A stretch of DNA of 64,000 nucleotides from the human T2T-CHM13v2.0 reference genome, Homo sapiens (GCF_009914755.1 NC_060932.1), one strand, 5' to 3'. Counted from the stretch's first letter, positions 1-15,649 are shown. Translations and numbers: made by a program. The notes: generated by a model not told the origin, from the letters alone.

Positions 1-430
1 GGTGCGAAAGTACATTGGCACAGCCATTTGTGGAATGTTTTGGCACTGAGCAATAAACGTGAACATGTACAGTGGATATACCACAAAATTATAATATCTG
101 AGTTCTTGAGGCAAACAGGCAAGGTCTGGAGCTGCCACAGACTTTTCTACCCCAACACCCCTACAAACAATGTCCTCCATGTCCTGCAGGTAAACCCTAC
201 AGACAAGCACAAGAACAGATAACAACTTCTGGTGACCACTGCTTCACTCGTCAAAAGGAATGAATACAGCTATGCACATTAATATGGATCAATTTCAAAA
301 CACAATGGCAGGAGAAAGAAGCAAGTCACAGAAAAACATATGTGGTATGATTCTGTTCACATAAAGCCCAAACAGACAGAACTAAGCCTTATATCATTTA
401 AGAAATTGTACATAGGTGACAAACTTATAA
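1..430 (+). mobile_element. Old L1 (L1M/L1ME-like) 3' region fragment
   Basis: Degenerate L1M motifs such as AAAAGGAATGAA, AGAAGCAAGTCACAGAAAAACATATGTGGTATGATTC. Confidence 0.65.
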
Positions 431-499
431 AGAAATAATAAAATAAACATAGAGAGTTTTACATTTGCTTACAATTTGGTCAAAGAAAAATGGGGGCCA

Positions 500-1118
<619 letters not shown>

Positions 1119-1844
1119 GGTGGGGGGCAAAGGGTAGAGGAAAGTCGGGGAGGGGTGGCTGATGAGGAACAAGGAGAGGGAGAGAGTAGAATAGATAATT
1201 ATGCACACTGGAGTCAATTATTTGAGAATTAATACCTTAATGTCTTCATTACTGAGTTCTACATAAGCTCTAATCACCTTTGCCCTAGGCTCTGGGAATT
1301 TCAATGTATATGTTGATAATGATTCCTCAAAGCACAGTGTTCTAAAAGGAAAATGCTATTTTGGAGAAATAAGCCTGTTACCAAAATCCATTCTGCACCA
1401 AGCCATCCAAACATCCTGCCCCTTAAAAGGTGGTCTTAAAATGAAATAACGCTGAAGAGGTGAATCAGATGAGGAAATGAACTTACAAGCAGATAGGGAA
1501 AGGGCAATTCTAATGTCTAATTCACCCCATATAAACCAGTGTATTTATCCGCCTCTTCCCATCGCTTTGCATTTCCATGATGTCTATCATCATGCCACCA
1601 GGGCCGTTAGATGCAAGATGTTAAATTGGAAGAAAGCTGTTAAATAAATGGGGCTTTAGAGAGCCTAATGAAATGTACTTTCCATACACAACACGTCCTC
1701 AGAGGGAAGAATTGCCAGTTTACAGGATGATTTATGTGCACCCTGAAGTTAGGTCTATGCCAGAATTTTTAGTACTGGGTAAACTCATTTAATCCTATAT
1801 TTATTAAGCATAGGCTAATAATTTCTGACAGTTTTACATGATGG

Positions 1845-2040
1845 CCATAGCACAGTGCATGGGAAATAGAAGAAATGGGTGCTACACTAAGTACTATAAT
1901 TCAGCAACGGTGCTACTTTGGGCAAACCATTGACCTTAGCTCTTTCCAAGTATAATCATGTAAAATGCCTACCTACAGACCCATGGGTCTGTAGAAGCAT
2001 CAAATGGCTTATTATATGAAAAAAATGAACAGGTAGCATA
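1845..2040 (+). mobile_element. MIR fragment
   Basis: Degenerate core CTTTGGGCAAACCATTGACC...TGTAAAATG. Confidence 0.45.
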
Positions 2041-2479
2041 AAAGCTCAGGCCAATTTAAATGGGCAATCACATATACTTAAATCTGGAGCCACCAAACAA
2101 AATTCCAGGTTGCGGTCCTTTTTCCTATGGAAAACCAACCAACATCCAAGGAGCAAAAACTAAGATTTTTGTAATCTACCCTTTTCCAAACCAAGGTCAG
2201 ATTTGTACTTAGGCTGACCAAAATGTTTAATTCTGATGAGGCTGTATCCTTATCTTACAAAATGGGAGAGGATAATGGAGGGAGGGTACAATGATGCAGA
2301 TGCCAGTCTATATTTCTAGTGAGTCCAATTCTACAACTGTCTTAAGAATAAAACCCAATACACAATACAATAAAATCTACAATACAAGAGGGAAATCCAT
2401 GCACAGAAACATTCACTGAAGCAGGGCTTGTAATGCAAAAAGCGGGTGGGGTGGGTAAGTAAGCCAAATGCAAAGTAAT

Positions 2480-2665
2480 AAATGAACTGTGAACACCTAT
2501 TATGTGCCAGCCACCACCTTGGACACTTCACGTTTATTTTCTCATAGGGACTTCACACCTATCCTATGAGATATTTATTTCTATCCCCATTTTGCAGAGG
2601 AGGAAACAGGTTCTGAGATAGTAACTATCAAGTAATTTGTCTAAGGATACATGCATAGTCTAAAT
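2480..2665 (-). mobile_element. MIR
   Basis: CCCCATTTTGCAGAGGAGGAAACAGG, reverse of the MIR core. Confidence 0.7.
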
Positions 2666-3479
2666 CTGTCTAATTCACTCCACTATGAATTCTTGTCATC
2701 ATTCCTTAGAGTGTAGACATTGGGGAGGGCTTATAGGTGGGACCACAGGAAATTAGGTAATGTACTGGGTACCATCTGTGTGCTCATCCACCTCCATTCT
2801 TGCCCCTTCTCCACCTGTTCTCAGCTGAAGAGACTGACAAGTGTGGGCTACATCAGTGGTCTCTCCACATCTCCCTCACTGCCAGGTGGCCACAGATTGG
2901 AAGCAGGAAGACAGAAAAGTCAGGGTTTTTGGTTTAGAGCTGGCTGTGTCCCTCAACCCAAGGTCTGAGCTTCCATCTCGAGGAGGCTCTTTCTCCAGTG
3001 TCCTGAAATCATTCTGGCAGTACTTCACTCATTCAGGCAAGGGGGTAATACGGCCCCACTGTCCTAGGTCAGAAAACTGCATTATCCCCTGTGGCTTCTC
3101 TACATCCCAAACTCTCCTCAATTACAGAATCATCATGTGCCACTGTACTTTAAAACCCAAGTGTGATCCAAAGGCAAAATGAATTGAGGCTCCTCAATGA
3201 CCAGCAGAGTGAACTTCGCTGGGGGATGAATGTGGCCACTGATTATGGGGCTGAGGGTTTCTTGAGCTGGTGCAATTTCATTCCCAAGATCCCTACTCCA
3301 GAAGCTCAGTCAAAACACTGAGACTGCCAACCTAGTTCCCAGAAATAGAGGTGTCTTTCCTGCAGACCTCAGAATAATACAGATGCTATGGTTTGCTGGA
3401 TTTAATCCCTTAATGTTTTACCCAGGGAATGGTAATAGTCTAATGAACATGGCAGGTATTTGGGACTAAGAGCAGAATT

Positions 3480-3612
3480 ATGGTGCAAGAGCTTACACGT
3501 AGCATGGGAGTCCAACAGATGCAGAGTCAGTTCCCTGACTCACCAGCTGACCTTGGGCAAGCCATTCCTCAGTTTCTCCAGCCATAAAATAGGGATAATC
3601 ATAGTTCCCACC
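3480..3612 (+). mobile_element. MIR fragment
   Basis: GACCTTGGGCAAG...CCTCAGTTTCTCC...TAAAATAGGGATAAT. Confidence 0.65.
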
Positions 3613-3864
3613 AGAGATACTCTTCATCAGGACCTTTGATGTCAGTTTCCACAGACAAAGGGCTGGTATAATTATCCCAGGTGCAGTAATGAGAAAGGCA
3701 GAAAGCCAGACTGTTTTTTATAGGACTTCTCAGGTAGAGTTTCCGGCTTCTGTCCATGAGTCATATGGACAATGGGCCCAGCTTGCTCATACAGTGGATC
3801 TGCCAGGGAGAAGAGTGGAGGGCTGGGGGATGTTTTTCCAAACTTTGTAGGTTTGAGGGGTGCC

Positions 3865-4390
<526 letters not shown>

Positions 4391-4404
4391 TCCATTCTTT
4401 CTCT

Positions 4405-5265
4405 TTTTAAAAATAAACCTTATTTTTTAGGGAAAATTTATCTTCACAGGAAAATTGAGCAGAAAGTACAAAGAGCTCCTGTATATCCCCTACCCCCACA
4501 CATTCACAGCCTCCCTCATTACCAACATTTCCCACTAGAGTGGTGCATTTTGTACAATTGGGTCTATGTTGACACGTCATTTTCATAGTTTCCATCAGGG
4601 TTCATTCTTGGCATTGCACATTATATGGGTTTGAACAAATGTATAATGGCACATATCCACCATTATAGTATCAAATAGAGTCATTTTATTACCTCAAAAA
4701 CTCTCTGTGCCCTATCTATTTATCCATCCCTCTACCCTAATTCCTGGAAACCACTGATCTTTTTACTGTCTCTATATTTTGCCTATCCCAGAATGTAATA
4801 TAGTTGAAATTATACATCATGTAGCCTTTTCAGACTGGTTTCTTTCACCTAGTAATATGCATTTAAGATTCTTCTGCGTGTTTGCATGGCATGATAGCTC
4901 ATCGCTTTTTAGAGTGGAATAATAGTCCACTGTCTGGATATACCACAGTTGACTTATCTGTTCACCAGTTGAAAAACATCTTGGTTATTTTCAAGATTTG
5001 GCACTTTTAATAAAGCCGCTATACACATACATGTGCAAGTTTTTGCGTAGACATAAATTTTCAACTCATTGGGTAAATATCAAGGAGGGCAATGGCTAGA
5101 TTGTATGGTAAGAATCAGTTTAGTTTTGTAAGAAACTGCCAAATTGTCTTTTAAAGTGGCTGTACCGTTTTGCATCCCCACCAGCAATGCATGAGAGTTT
5201 GTATTGCTCCACATCTCCATCAGCATTTGCTGTTGTTGGTGCTTTGGATTTTGCCATTCTAAGAG
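4405..5265 (-). mobile_element. Old L1 (L1MC/MD-like) 3' end
   Basis: GAAAATTGAGCAGAAAGTACA..., TTTTGCATCCCCACCAGCAATGCATGAGAGTT. Confidence 0.8.
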
Positions 5266-5357
5266 AAGGTGAGTACCTTCTCTTTTTAGGAATCCCAAGG
5301 ATTTGAAGATAAACCTGGAAAATCTCAGCTATGACTTGGTGTTAAGCAGTCACGTAG

Positions 5358-5882
<525 letters not shown>

Positions 5883-7329
5883 CATTGTTTAATATATCAT
5901 CAGCTGGTATTTATCACACTTTCTACTCAGTTTGTTTCAATGGCAATATAAACCAACACAGAATCTCTGCCCAATAAAATAGACACATTTTGGCCATATC
6001 TAGAGCCAAGAAAGTGAACATGAGCTTAGAATAACACAGACACCTACTTTCCATTTGTTTCATCAGTAAATATTAATCCAGTACCTTCTGGATTCTCAAA
6101 AGGTTTTGACAAAAAGGGCAAATATTTGTGCAGAGATGAGACTAGTGACCCTTAGAACAAGAGGAAGATTGGGATCAGGAGAGGCTGGAAGCTTTTACAT
6201 TTGGAGAAAACCACACAAGCCAAGCTCCTGAGAAAAGCTTGTTTTGTGGGACAGGAAGATAAAGAAGAGGATAGCAAAGACTCCAGCTTATCTAGTTATG
6301 ATCCAGAATTGGATCAAAACTGGCAAAAACTAATTGGTGATATTAGGGTCCATATTGCTGAGCAAAGATAGTTGAAGAGATGAAACATCTGTACTATGAT
6401 CAACATAATTTGCATAAGGACACCTGCCGACATCTTAAGGAACAGCCTTTAATCTCATTCGTTATAGTGTATTGCTTTTATTAGCCTGTGACAGATGCAT
6501 TTTAAAGCTTGTTTCTATAAAGTGGAAAACGGAGTTATGTCTATGCAGTTTAACCAAAATATAGGTCAATTTGGGTTGTCAAATAGCCAGTTATTTGGCA
6601 CTCATTTTGGTTTTCTTTCTTCTTATGTTTTGCTTGTTTCATTTTGCATTTTCCAAAATGATGATATTGGAGATAACAAACTGTTAGGTCCTTGTTATTC
6701 TGTGCATATATGATTTTGTCCTAAGACAAGATGAAATAATCATATCTCATTTTACTATCCAGTTATTTGGGGTGTCATCTTAACTAGCAGTTAGGATTAG
6801 CATGTTACTCAAGCTCACAAAGACATAGCTGGGATGACAACATGTTCTTTGTTCAGAGTATTTGCCACATTGAGGACTCCTGGCAAAAATAAATAACTTA
6901 TAAGAAAGGTAACTTATTTTGACTTTAAAATAATCGATGACTAAAACTCATTTTTCCTCAGACCATGAGAGCAATTTACCAAGCTTTATTAATGGGCATC
7001 TTCATATCCTTAGCAAGCTTAATTGCTAATTAATTAAAAGATGATTGGATAAACAATGGATTGTACTACAAAATGAAGATAGCAAAATTTACTGTCATGG
7101 TGTCTAATGAGCATTCTTTACCTATTGCCCTACCAATCTTTCAGCTCCATAATTTCTGAAGTAAAGATCCCCAAGAGCCATTTCCTGAAAATTAGAGTTA
7201 AATCAGATCAACGTTAAAGGACTTCTGGGTCAAACTATGTTGAGGGCCAGCCACAGGCAATCATAATTTAATTAAAGCAAGAGAGAGAAAAAAAATCATG
7301 CCAAGTGAAACAGCCTGGAAGAGTGACAA

Positions 7330-7447
7330 AAGCCTTTGTCTTAAAATCAGAATACCTATGCTCTAAACATTTACTACTGTGGAAACTAGTGAAAGATAAT
7401 CTAATTTTTCTGAGCTTCATTTTTCTCATCTATAAAATGGATATGAT
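7330..7447 (+). mobile_element. MIR fragment
   Basis: CTGAGCTTCATTTTTCTCATCTATAAAATGG. Confidence 0.6.
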
Positions 7448-7860
7448 CAGTTCAGCTGCAAGTAAAAGAAGCCCAAAAGTAACAGAGGACTAAGCAAGAC
7501 AGGAGTTTATTTTTCTAACTTGCAAAAGATCCAAAGGTAGACAGTCAAGAACTCACAGCAGCTCTGCTCCACGGAAATTTCAGAGCCTAGGTTCCTTCTA
7601 TGTTGTTTTTCCTCCATGCTATAGTCTAAAAAGACTTCTCAAATCCTAGCCCTCATGCCCAAGTTCAAACCAGCAGGAACAAATGTATAAAGAAACAGGG
7701 GCAAAGCATCTACACCAGATCTCTGTTAAGGAAAGTATCTGGAAGTTTCCACACAACACTTCATCTTACATCCCACTGGAGAAGCTAGTCATATGGCCAC
7801 ATCTAGCTGCAAGGGAGGTGGGAAAATGTAGTGTTATTCTGGACTGCCATGTGTCCAGCA
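7448..7860 (-). mobile_element. MaLR LTR (MLT1J/K-like)
   Basis: GTCATATGGCCACATCTAGCTGCAAGGGAGGTGGGAAAATGTAGT. Confidence 0.7.
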
Positions 7861-7897
7861 GAAGGGATTTTATCACTAATAAGAAGTGGTGAGTGGA

Positions 7898-8267
<370 letters not shown>

Positions 8268-8619
8268 TTAGGAGAGTACACGGAGAGCATGGATATGAAA
8301 TAGCTAGCAGAGTGTCTGGCTGATTAAAAAAAAAAAGCCAGAAATGTTTAATAACTTCTGTCTGAATCAGATAGACAAAAAAATAGAATAAGGTTTTCCT
8401 GAGAACCTTGACCCATTAGAGAAGAACGGGAGTAGGCTCTCTTAGTACCTGCATCTACAGCAGGATTAAATTCCCCAGGGCAGAGATGAGACAGGGAATG
8501 GCTTTTCTCTGAACCAAGCTTCTGTTCTAGTGTAAGGAGCCAAGACAAGCATCTCATTCCTCCATGTCTTTGATTATACACTTTTCTCTCTCCAAATCTT
8601 CTTCTTGCCCATTTTTCAC

Positions 8620-8815
8620 CTTGCCAAGACTCAGTTCAAATATTACTTCATAAAAGAATCCTTCCTGACCCCCCAGGCTGGGTTAGATGCCCTTTTGCTG
8701 AATTATCGTAAGAGTTGGTGCATACTGCTTCCACAGAAATTCTTGCTGTGTTGAAATTAGTCTGTTTGCACGTCTCTACCACTGAAGTGTGAACTCCTTG
8801 AGGAAAAATATAAAG
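8620..8815 (+). mobile_element. L2 3' fragment
   Basis: CTCAGTTCAAATATTACTTC...CCTTCCTGACC...GTGAACTCCTTGAGG. Confidence 0.6.
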
Positions 8816-9046
8816 CCTTAGATATCATCATCTTCCCCAAATTTTTCAAAATATTAGATCTCAATCCCTTATTTCTATGCAGGGAACTAGAATGTTTGAT
8901 GAACATTACAAGACATAGTTGGCAAAATGATAATATAACATTTTGTGCATGACTTGGGAATAGAATAGATATATGGTTCTCTTTGTTGATTCACTCAATA
9001 TCTATGGGCAGCATATGGCACATATTAATTGGGTCCTTGGTCAATG

Positions 9047-9108
9047 CTTGTTCAACACAATAATACAACTTGTTCAACACAATAATACAACTTGTTCAAC
9101 ACAATAAT
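9047..9108. repeat. 22-bp perfect tandem repeat, 2.8 copies (CTTGTTCAACACAATAATACAA)
   Basis: Copies start at 9047, 9069 and 9091. Confidence 0.97.
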
Positions 9109-9218
9109 TGAAGGTTAATATTTATTGAGAAGCCAATAATCCAGAGTGTGTAGTGACAAGTTTAGAAAAGATAAAGCACTCCGTATTTATGTGCTCTTGG
9201 TGAAAGAGAGAAGGATGA

Positions 9219-9711
<493 letters not shown>

Positions 9712-9777
9712 TTAAGTATTTGTTTTATTTCTCCTGGTCAATGTGTTGGGGTAATGGTGTGGGTTTTAGCTCTTAAA

Positions 9778-10019
9778 TCGGATTCTTAGCCTTGGCAGCA
9801 TTGACAGTTTGGACCAGATAATTGTTTGTTGTGCAGGCTGTCTTGTGCACTGTAGGATATTTAGCAGCATTCCCGGTCTCTGCCCACTAAATGCCAGTAG
9901 CACCCACTCGTAAACATAGACTGTGACAACCAAAACAGTCTCCAGACATTTCCAAATGTCCCCTAGGTGGGTAACAGTGCTCTGCCCCCTCCCAAACACA
10001 CAGAGTTGAAAACCACAGT
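9778..10019 (-). mobile_element. MER20 (hAT-Charlie)
   Basis: TGTGACAACCAAAACAGTCTCCAGACATTTCCAAATGTCCCCT, reverse of MER20. Confidence 0.85.
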
Positions 10020-10494
10020 GTAGACTTAAATAAAATTACTAAAGACCGGTCTATGGAAAATAATATACTTCCAAAATTAACATATACTTTCTTTCTCAGT
10101 CTCAGTTCTTTTCCCTAAAAATAAAATAAAATAAAATAAATAGGCTGTTGCACTCTAGAAACTACTCTAAAACAACTACAGATCAATTATGCAAAAAAAA
10201 GTCTGAAAGTTACAGTACATGAGGGGGGAAGGAACCCTTAGGTTTAACATAGAATTATCTCAGTTAAGGTGACTGCATAATGAATCTGACATAAACATCA
10301 ATTTGACTGCATGTTGCTTTCATTAAAGCAAAGAAACCAGAAAGGTGGAAGAATCCTTATACCTTATGCTGCATGCATCACAACACACCAAGTATACTAG
10401 ACCTAGTTCTGGGAACCTCATTTCAAGAGCAATGGTGCAAAGGAGAGCAGCCAGAATGAGGAGAGGCCAACAGACCAGGTCCACTCTATTCCAC

Positions 10495-11040
10495 AGTGAT
10501 TCAAGAAACGTTACTGAACATGTTGACTCCTATGTTCCAGGAGCTGTAGAGACGGAGTTGGATGCCACATTGACGCTTCCCTCTAGAAACTTACATTCTA
10601 GTAGAGGGAGCCAGTGTGCAATAGAATATCATGGCAATAAACACAGGGCTATACTGAATAGTGGGACTGTTGCATAGCTAAGAGTTATGCAAGCACCAAG
10701 TATAAAGAAGCAGCTTCTGAGTTGATAGTGCTGTTTTGTGCCTTTTCAGAGGTATGTTTTAGAAAAAATAACTCTAATGGCAGAATAAATAATGGAAATA
10801 AGACAGTGAAACTAAAAGTAAAAGAAAGCCACTGGGAACCCTTGCAGTAATTCCCGTGAAAAATGATAACCTCACAAACTAAAGTAGTGGTGATGAAAAT
10901 CGAGAAGAAAAGATGTTCTGAGAGCTAGTTTAGAAGGTAGAATCATGAGAACTCGGTGACTGGATAAGTATGATGGGGAATGTAGAGGAAAAGACATCCA
11001 AGATGACTCTAGCTTCAAATAAGAGAAAGGATTGAGGAAC
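10495..11040 (-). mobile_element. L2 fragments
   Basis: CCCTCTAGAAACTTACATTCTAGTAGAGGGAG and further degenerate L2 motifs. Confidence 0.5.
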
Positions 11041-11369
11041 AAGGGAAGTTTGGCATTAAACAAACAAACAAAAAAAAGACTACAGGGAGGCAAGGCTGTT
11101 GTTCCCATGTATCAAGGACATTATCCTGTGAAAAAAAGTACTAGGTGTGTTCTATATGGTCCCAAAGCTTTAAACTGGAGCAAAGAGTAGAAGTTCAGAA
11201 GGATTTTGCCTGAATGGCAGAAATAATTTTCTGAGACTCATTGTTATCCAAAAATTAACATTCCGCAGGAGGTAGAAGCTCATCAAGACAGCGCCTAGGG
11301 AGATAATGGACAGCTACCATGAAGGACATCTAGAGATTTTCACTGCTCTCCTCTCAGCTTGCTTCTTCT

Positions 11370-11815
11370 AGTAATGTCCTGATTGTTACCCCATCCTGAT
11401 TGTTCTTCAGGGAACCAAAGCCTCCTTCTGTCAATTACTTGATTCAGATGGAATCAAGGCTCTTCTCTCCTGCACCAAGGGTGGTCCTGTGGCTTCAGCC
11501 TGCACAGGAAAAAGTCTCAGAGAATGGCCCCAAGATGAGCATGTGATCTAAATTATGGAAAGAGGCTCCTCATCAGAATTTTTGCAGAAACAATTAAGGA
11601 AGGCTTGCTCTCTCTCTGTGTGGTGTAGCTAAGAGGGTAGAAAGTAAGAGTGAGAGAGAGAGAAAGACTCAAGGACATGATCAAGAGAGCCTTTAGATAT
11701 AGCTGTCCCTCAGAGTAGTTACACTCCAAGATTTCATTATCACCTGTGATCTTTTGATCTATTATTTTTTTTTAGCCAGTCAGTTTGAGATAGGTCTATT
11801 GTTATCTGCTCCCCA
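11370..11815 (+). mobile_element. Old MaLR LTR (MLT1K/L-like)
   Basis: GAGCATGTGATC and AGCCAGTCAGTTTGAG...GTTATCTGC end. Confidence 0.4.
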
Positions 11816-12779
11816 ACCCCCAAAGAATTCCTCTTGTGGCTACTTGTACAGGAAGAAAATTCAGGCATAGAATGAGAAGCGACTCCCAGACAATAGGTCA
11901 CTATCAGCAAAGCTTTTAGACAAATGTATTTTGAAAACAACTGAAAATCTTTAGATTCAGAAGAAATCAAAAAAGATATCTCACTTACTGTAAGGTGTTA
12001 AAATAAACATACAAGGTAATAATAAAGATGTCTTTCATTATAATGTTACTTAGAGAATTTACCAATAGCCTTCAATGTATCAAAAGCTGGCACATTACTG
12101 GTTCTGCTCTTGTTTTTTTTTAAATTATAGTACTTTCTTTCAGAAATATACTAACAAAGAAAAAAAGACAATTGAAATTTCCAAATCTGGAACAACTGGA
12201 TTGGAGAAAAATATACAAAATAAACCCCACGAGGTTTTAATTCTAAGTACTTTAGACCTTACAAGCACCATAAACATTCTGTTGTGGCTCTTCCTCACTT
12301 AGAATGCATGTTAATGCCGTTAGCACTTACCTCTAAGACCGGTAGCATACTAAGTAGAACTGAAATGTTTTTTATTACACTACTGGATCATTCTTTTAAT
12401 AGGGGATACAATCTCATTACAAGCTCTAGTAGTCATCCAGATTAAAATCTTAATTGTCAGGATTGGTAAAAGCGTAATAATATATACTTATCTTTTTTTT
12501 GGAAATGGCATAATTAAAGAAGAGCAAGAATGTTTTTCTGTAAGCAAGGCTTCTCATCCTCAGACTACGCAGATTTTCCCCCTTTCAAGTGGTGTATTCA
12601 TGCAGTACCCATTCTTGAGAAACTATACGATATTTTAAAGATTCTCTTACATTTTAGGGAATACATGAAGTGGTTCACCCTCCTGCCTTCCAAAATATCT
12701 CTTTTCTTACTTCTCTTCAAATGTGTCCATGTAATCAATGTGAGGAGAATCAACTTTGGAAACAGAATATCTGTGCTCA

Positions 12780-12880
12780 TGTGCAAAGGAATCTTCACTT
12801 CCTACTACTGTTGACTTTGAGTAAATCAGTTAAGGTATCTGAGACTCAGTCTTTCTCATCCATGACATGGAACTGCAAAT
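12780..12880 (+). mobile_element. MIR fragment
   Basis: GACTTTGAGTAAATCAGTTAAGGTATCTGAGACTCAGTCTTTCTCATC. Confidence 0.55.
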
Positions 12881-14559
12881 ACTACATATGTGGATCGATT
12901 TTTTTTAAAAAATGTAAATATTCTAAAACTGTAAGTTCTTTTATTATTTTTAGAATGAATGTTCACTGAGTGCTTGCTGTGGGTGATGCACTGAGGCAAT
13001 GCATGTTACCTGTTGTTTGCTATTCTAATATAGAACCTCAGAATTGGAGTGGATCTTAAGGACTCCCAAGGACCAGGCACATCCCCTTGAGCTAAATAAC
13101 CATCCTTTCCTAGTTTCCTCTTTAAAGCAGGTTTCAAGCTGCCATGGTGGTATGGATTTGAACATGTAGCCTGGAGAATTATGGCCAAGAGTGAAGCTCA
13201 ACCTTAGAACCTTGGACAGAATGGTATTAGCAGGTACAGATGAGGGTCAGAAGTGGAAACTACCCAGGAATCAATCATGGAAGTTAAATGAAGATGGATG
13301 AATGAACATGTATTCAATATAGACTACAAAGATGAGGACCAGGAGCTGGAAATGAGTCAGTAACAGGAATTAAATGAAAAGACAAAGGAAGAATCCAAAA
13401 GTTTTATCAGAATAATTAAGCAAATTGTTAAGTCTGGTAAAAGTCACAGGTGCAAGTTACGTGAAATAGAACTCTGTAGTCAGAAATAAGAGTAATTTGG
13501 AGAGTTGTAAATAATCACACATACAGTTCTGGTCCATGTGATAACGTGCCTGCTGAGGTTGTTTATCTAGCCATACTCTCCATTCGTCCTTGCCTCGCTT
13601 CTTTTACTCATCAAGTCCTCCTGTAAGAAGGAACATGTTTGCTTATTCAGTTAGCTAATTTTTTAGAGCCCAACTTTTCCCATGACAGATCTGAAGATGC
13701 TAACAGAAAAAAAAAATACAAAATAAAATTGTTAAATATAAATTCTAAAACCTGGACTAGAGAAAAATATAAATTAGTATAGGTGGAGATTACAAAAGAT
13801 AGATAAAAGAATTAATAGATTTGGGAGAGAAAGAGACTGCAAACAACAATCATAAAGTTTTTACCATTAGCTGCAGTTGAGATGAGATTTGTGTTCTGAG
13901 CTCCCTGTGGGCCAGAAATTAATAGAAAATACAGACAGAAGGTATATCTTTTATTATCCATAGGGCAAAAGGAGATAGGTGTTTTCCTTGAACATACCTC
14001 TAAATAAAAATTTTCATGAGAAACTTCCAATAAAAGGTTTTATGTGATGGAAGAACAATGTTCTACAGCATCTCCAGAACAAAGGAGAAGCAGATATTTC
14101 CTTCAAGGAAAAGATTGTTTCCATTGAGGACTCACTATTGGAAATACAGATGTCAATGTGAAGAAAAGAGTGGGGCAACAGCCTCTAATCCCACAGGACT
14201 CTTTTCACCCAGTGTGTGGAGCCCCTCCCCACCCCTTCTTAAAGCTCTCCATGGTTCTGACCCCTGTCTCTCATCAACCCTAACTTTATGATCCAGGTTC
14301 AGCCTACACATCCATGCCTTCATCTCTCTTGCCACATCCCACAAAGATCAACCCCACTTTTTTATCAACTTGAATGTGAAATTATCTAAGGACTAGCATT
14401 CTTTTAGGCTCCAATTAAAACTTTTGAGAATACTGGAAATGCTCAAAGTGTGTCAACTCTCACTCATATAACCACTTAATTCTGTTCTCAAGTCTTAGTC
14501 CACACTTGTGCTCTGAGACATTTAACACTCTATACTTAGTACCTAACAAATAAAATGAC

Positions 14560-14750
14560 AATTACTAATTAATAACTCTTATAAAGTACTTATGATGTTT
14601 CAGTCATGTGTGTTATCTTATTGAATTCTCTCCACAACTCTCAAAAGGGATATCATTACCATTTCTATGTCACAGATATGGAAATTGGGCAAAGAAATCA
14701 AGTAACTTGTCCAAACTTACACAGATAGTGGTAGAATTTGGATAACAGAG
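14560..14750 (-). mobile_element. MIR
   Basis: CACAGATATGGAAATTGGGC...AAGTAACTTGTCCAA. Confidence 0.6.
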
Positions 14751-15324
14751 CCCAAGTGAATGAATAAGCAAATAAATACAACATGAGGAATGACACTAAG
14801 TGAAAGGCATGTTCATCAATGTGAAGAAGTGGAGTATTCATTGAGTGCCAGAAATTATGCTCTGTTCCTTAAACACAGCATTTTTATTAGTCTTTCCTAA
14901 CTCTGTGAGAGAGTCATCTTCAACATCAGCATAGAGTTCCCATTCTAGACAGTTGCCCTAAAAAACCCAGAGATCTGAACTGAGGCCCCATGAATCTGGA
15001 TCAGAGAGTAAAGTCTTCAAGTCTTGATTAAGCTTTGCTATTTAGATTGTTAAATCTTTGGATGTTGAGGGCCCTCAGGTGAGTAAGAACAAATTCACAG
15101 AGTCATTACCACTTTCTGTAGGTACCCATCCCAAGAGGGATCCATGAGATACAATTTCAGTGATTGCGTGAACTTCAGTAACAATTACATATGAGTTTGA
15201 ATTGTTCTAATTTTAACTACTGTTGTTTTTTCCTCCTTCTGACAGTATTATTTGTACCCAATGCATAGATGGCAATGTGAGTAGTCAGGATTGACCACAA
15301 CACCCATCAAAGAGTTAGGACAAT

Positions 15325-15500
15325 TTAATAAATATGAATTGAGTGAGATCTTTCATATGTCAGGCACTGAGCTTGGCATAGGAAACACAGAGCTGAGAAG
15401 ACGGGCATGGGCCAAGCCCTCAGGGAGCTTATAGTGTGACCATGAAGACAAACACTAACAAGCAATTCTTCAAAGCACTGCTGTTGATAAAGCAGTAGGA
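15325..15500 (-). mobile_element. L2 3' fragment
   Basis: TATGTCAGGCACTGAGCT...GCCCTCAGGGAGCTTATAGT. Confidence 0.6.
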
Positions 15501-15649
15501 GTAAAGGGGGAGTGGGTGCAAATGGGAGAAAATTTGCTGAAATGAAGCTTATGGCCACAGTTGCAGCAGCAGGAGATGGCACCTGGTTGGAGACCACATC
15601 CCTGAGCAACAGGGTAAATGCAATCAAGTTCCAACCTAGCCATTATACT

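Noticed and set aside
5261-5290. Consensus donor AAG|GTGAGT at the end of an antisense L1M
   Set aside because: An isolated splice motif with no supportable exon; expected by chance in 64 kb.
9047-9108. Direct repeats as a possible CRISPR-like array
   Set aside because: Head-to-tail copies without spacers in primate DNA; an ordinary minisatellite.
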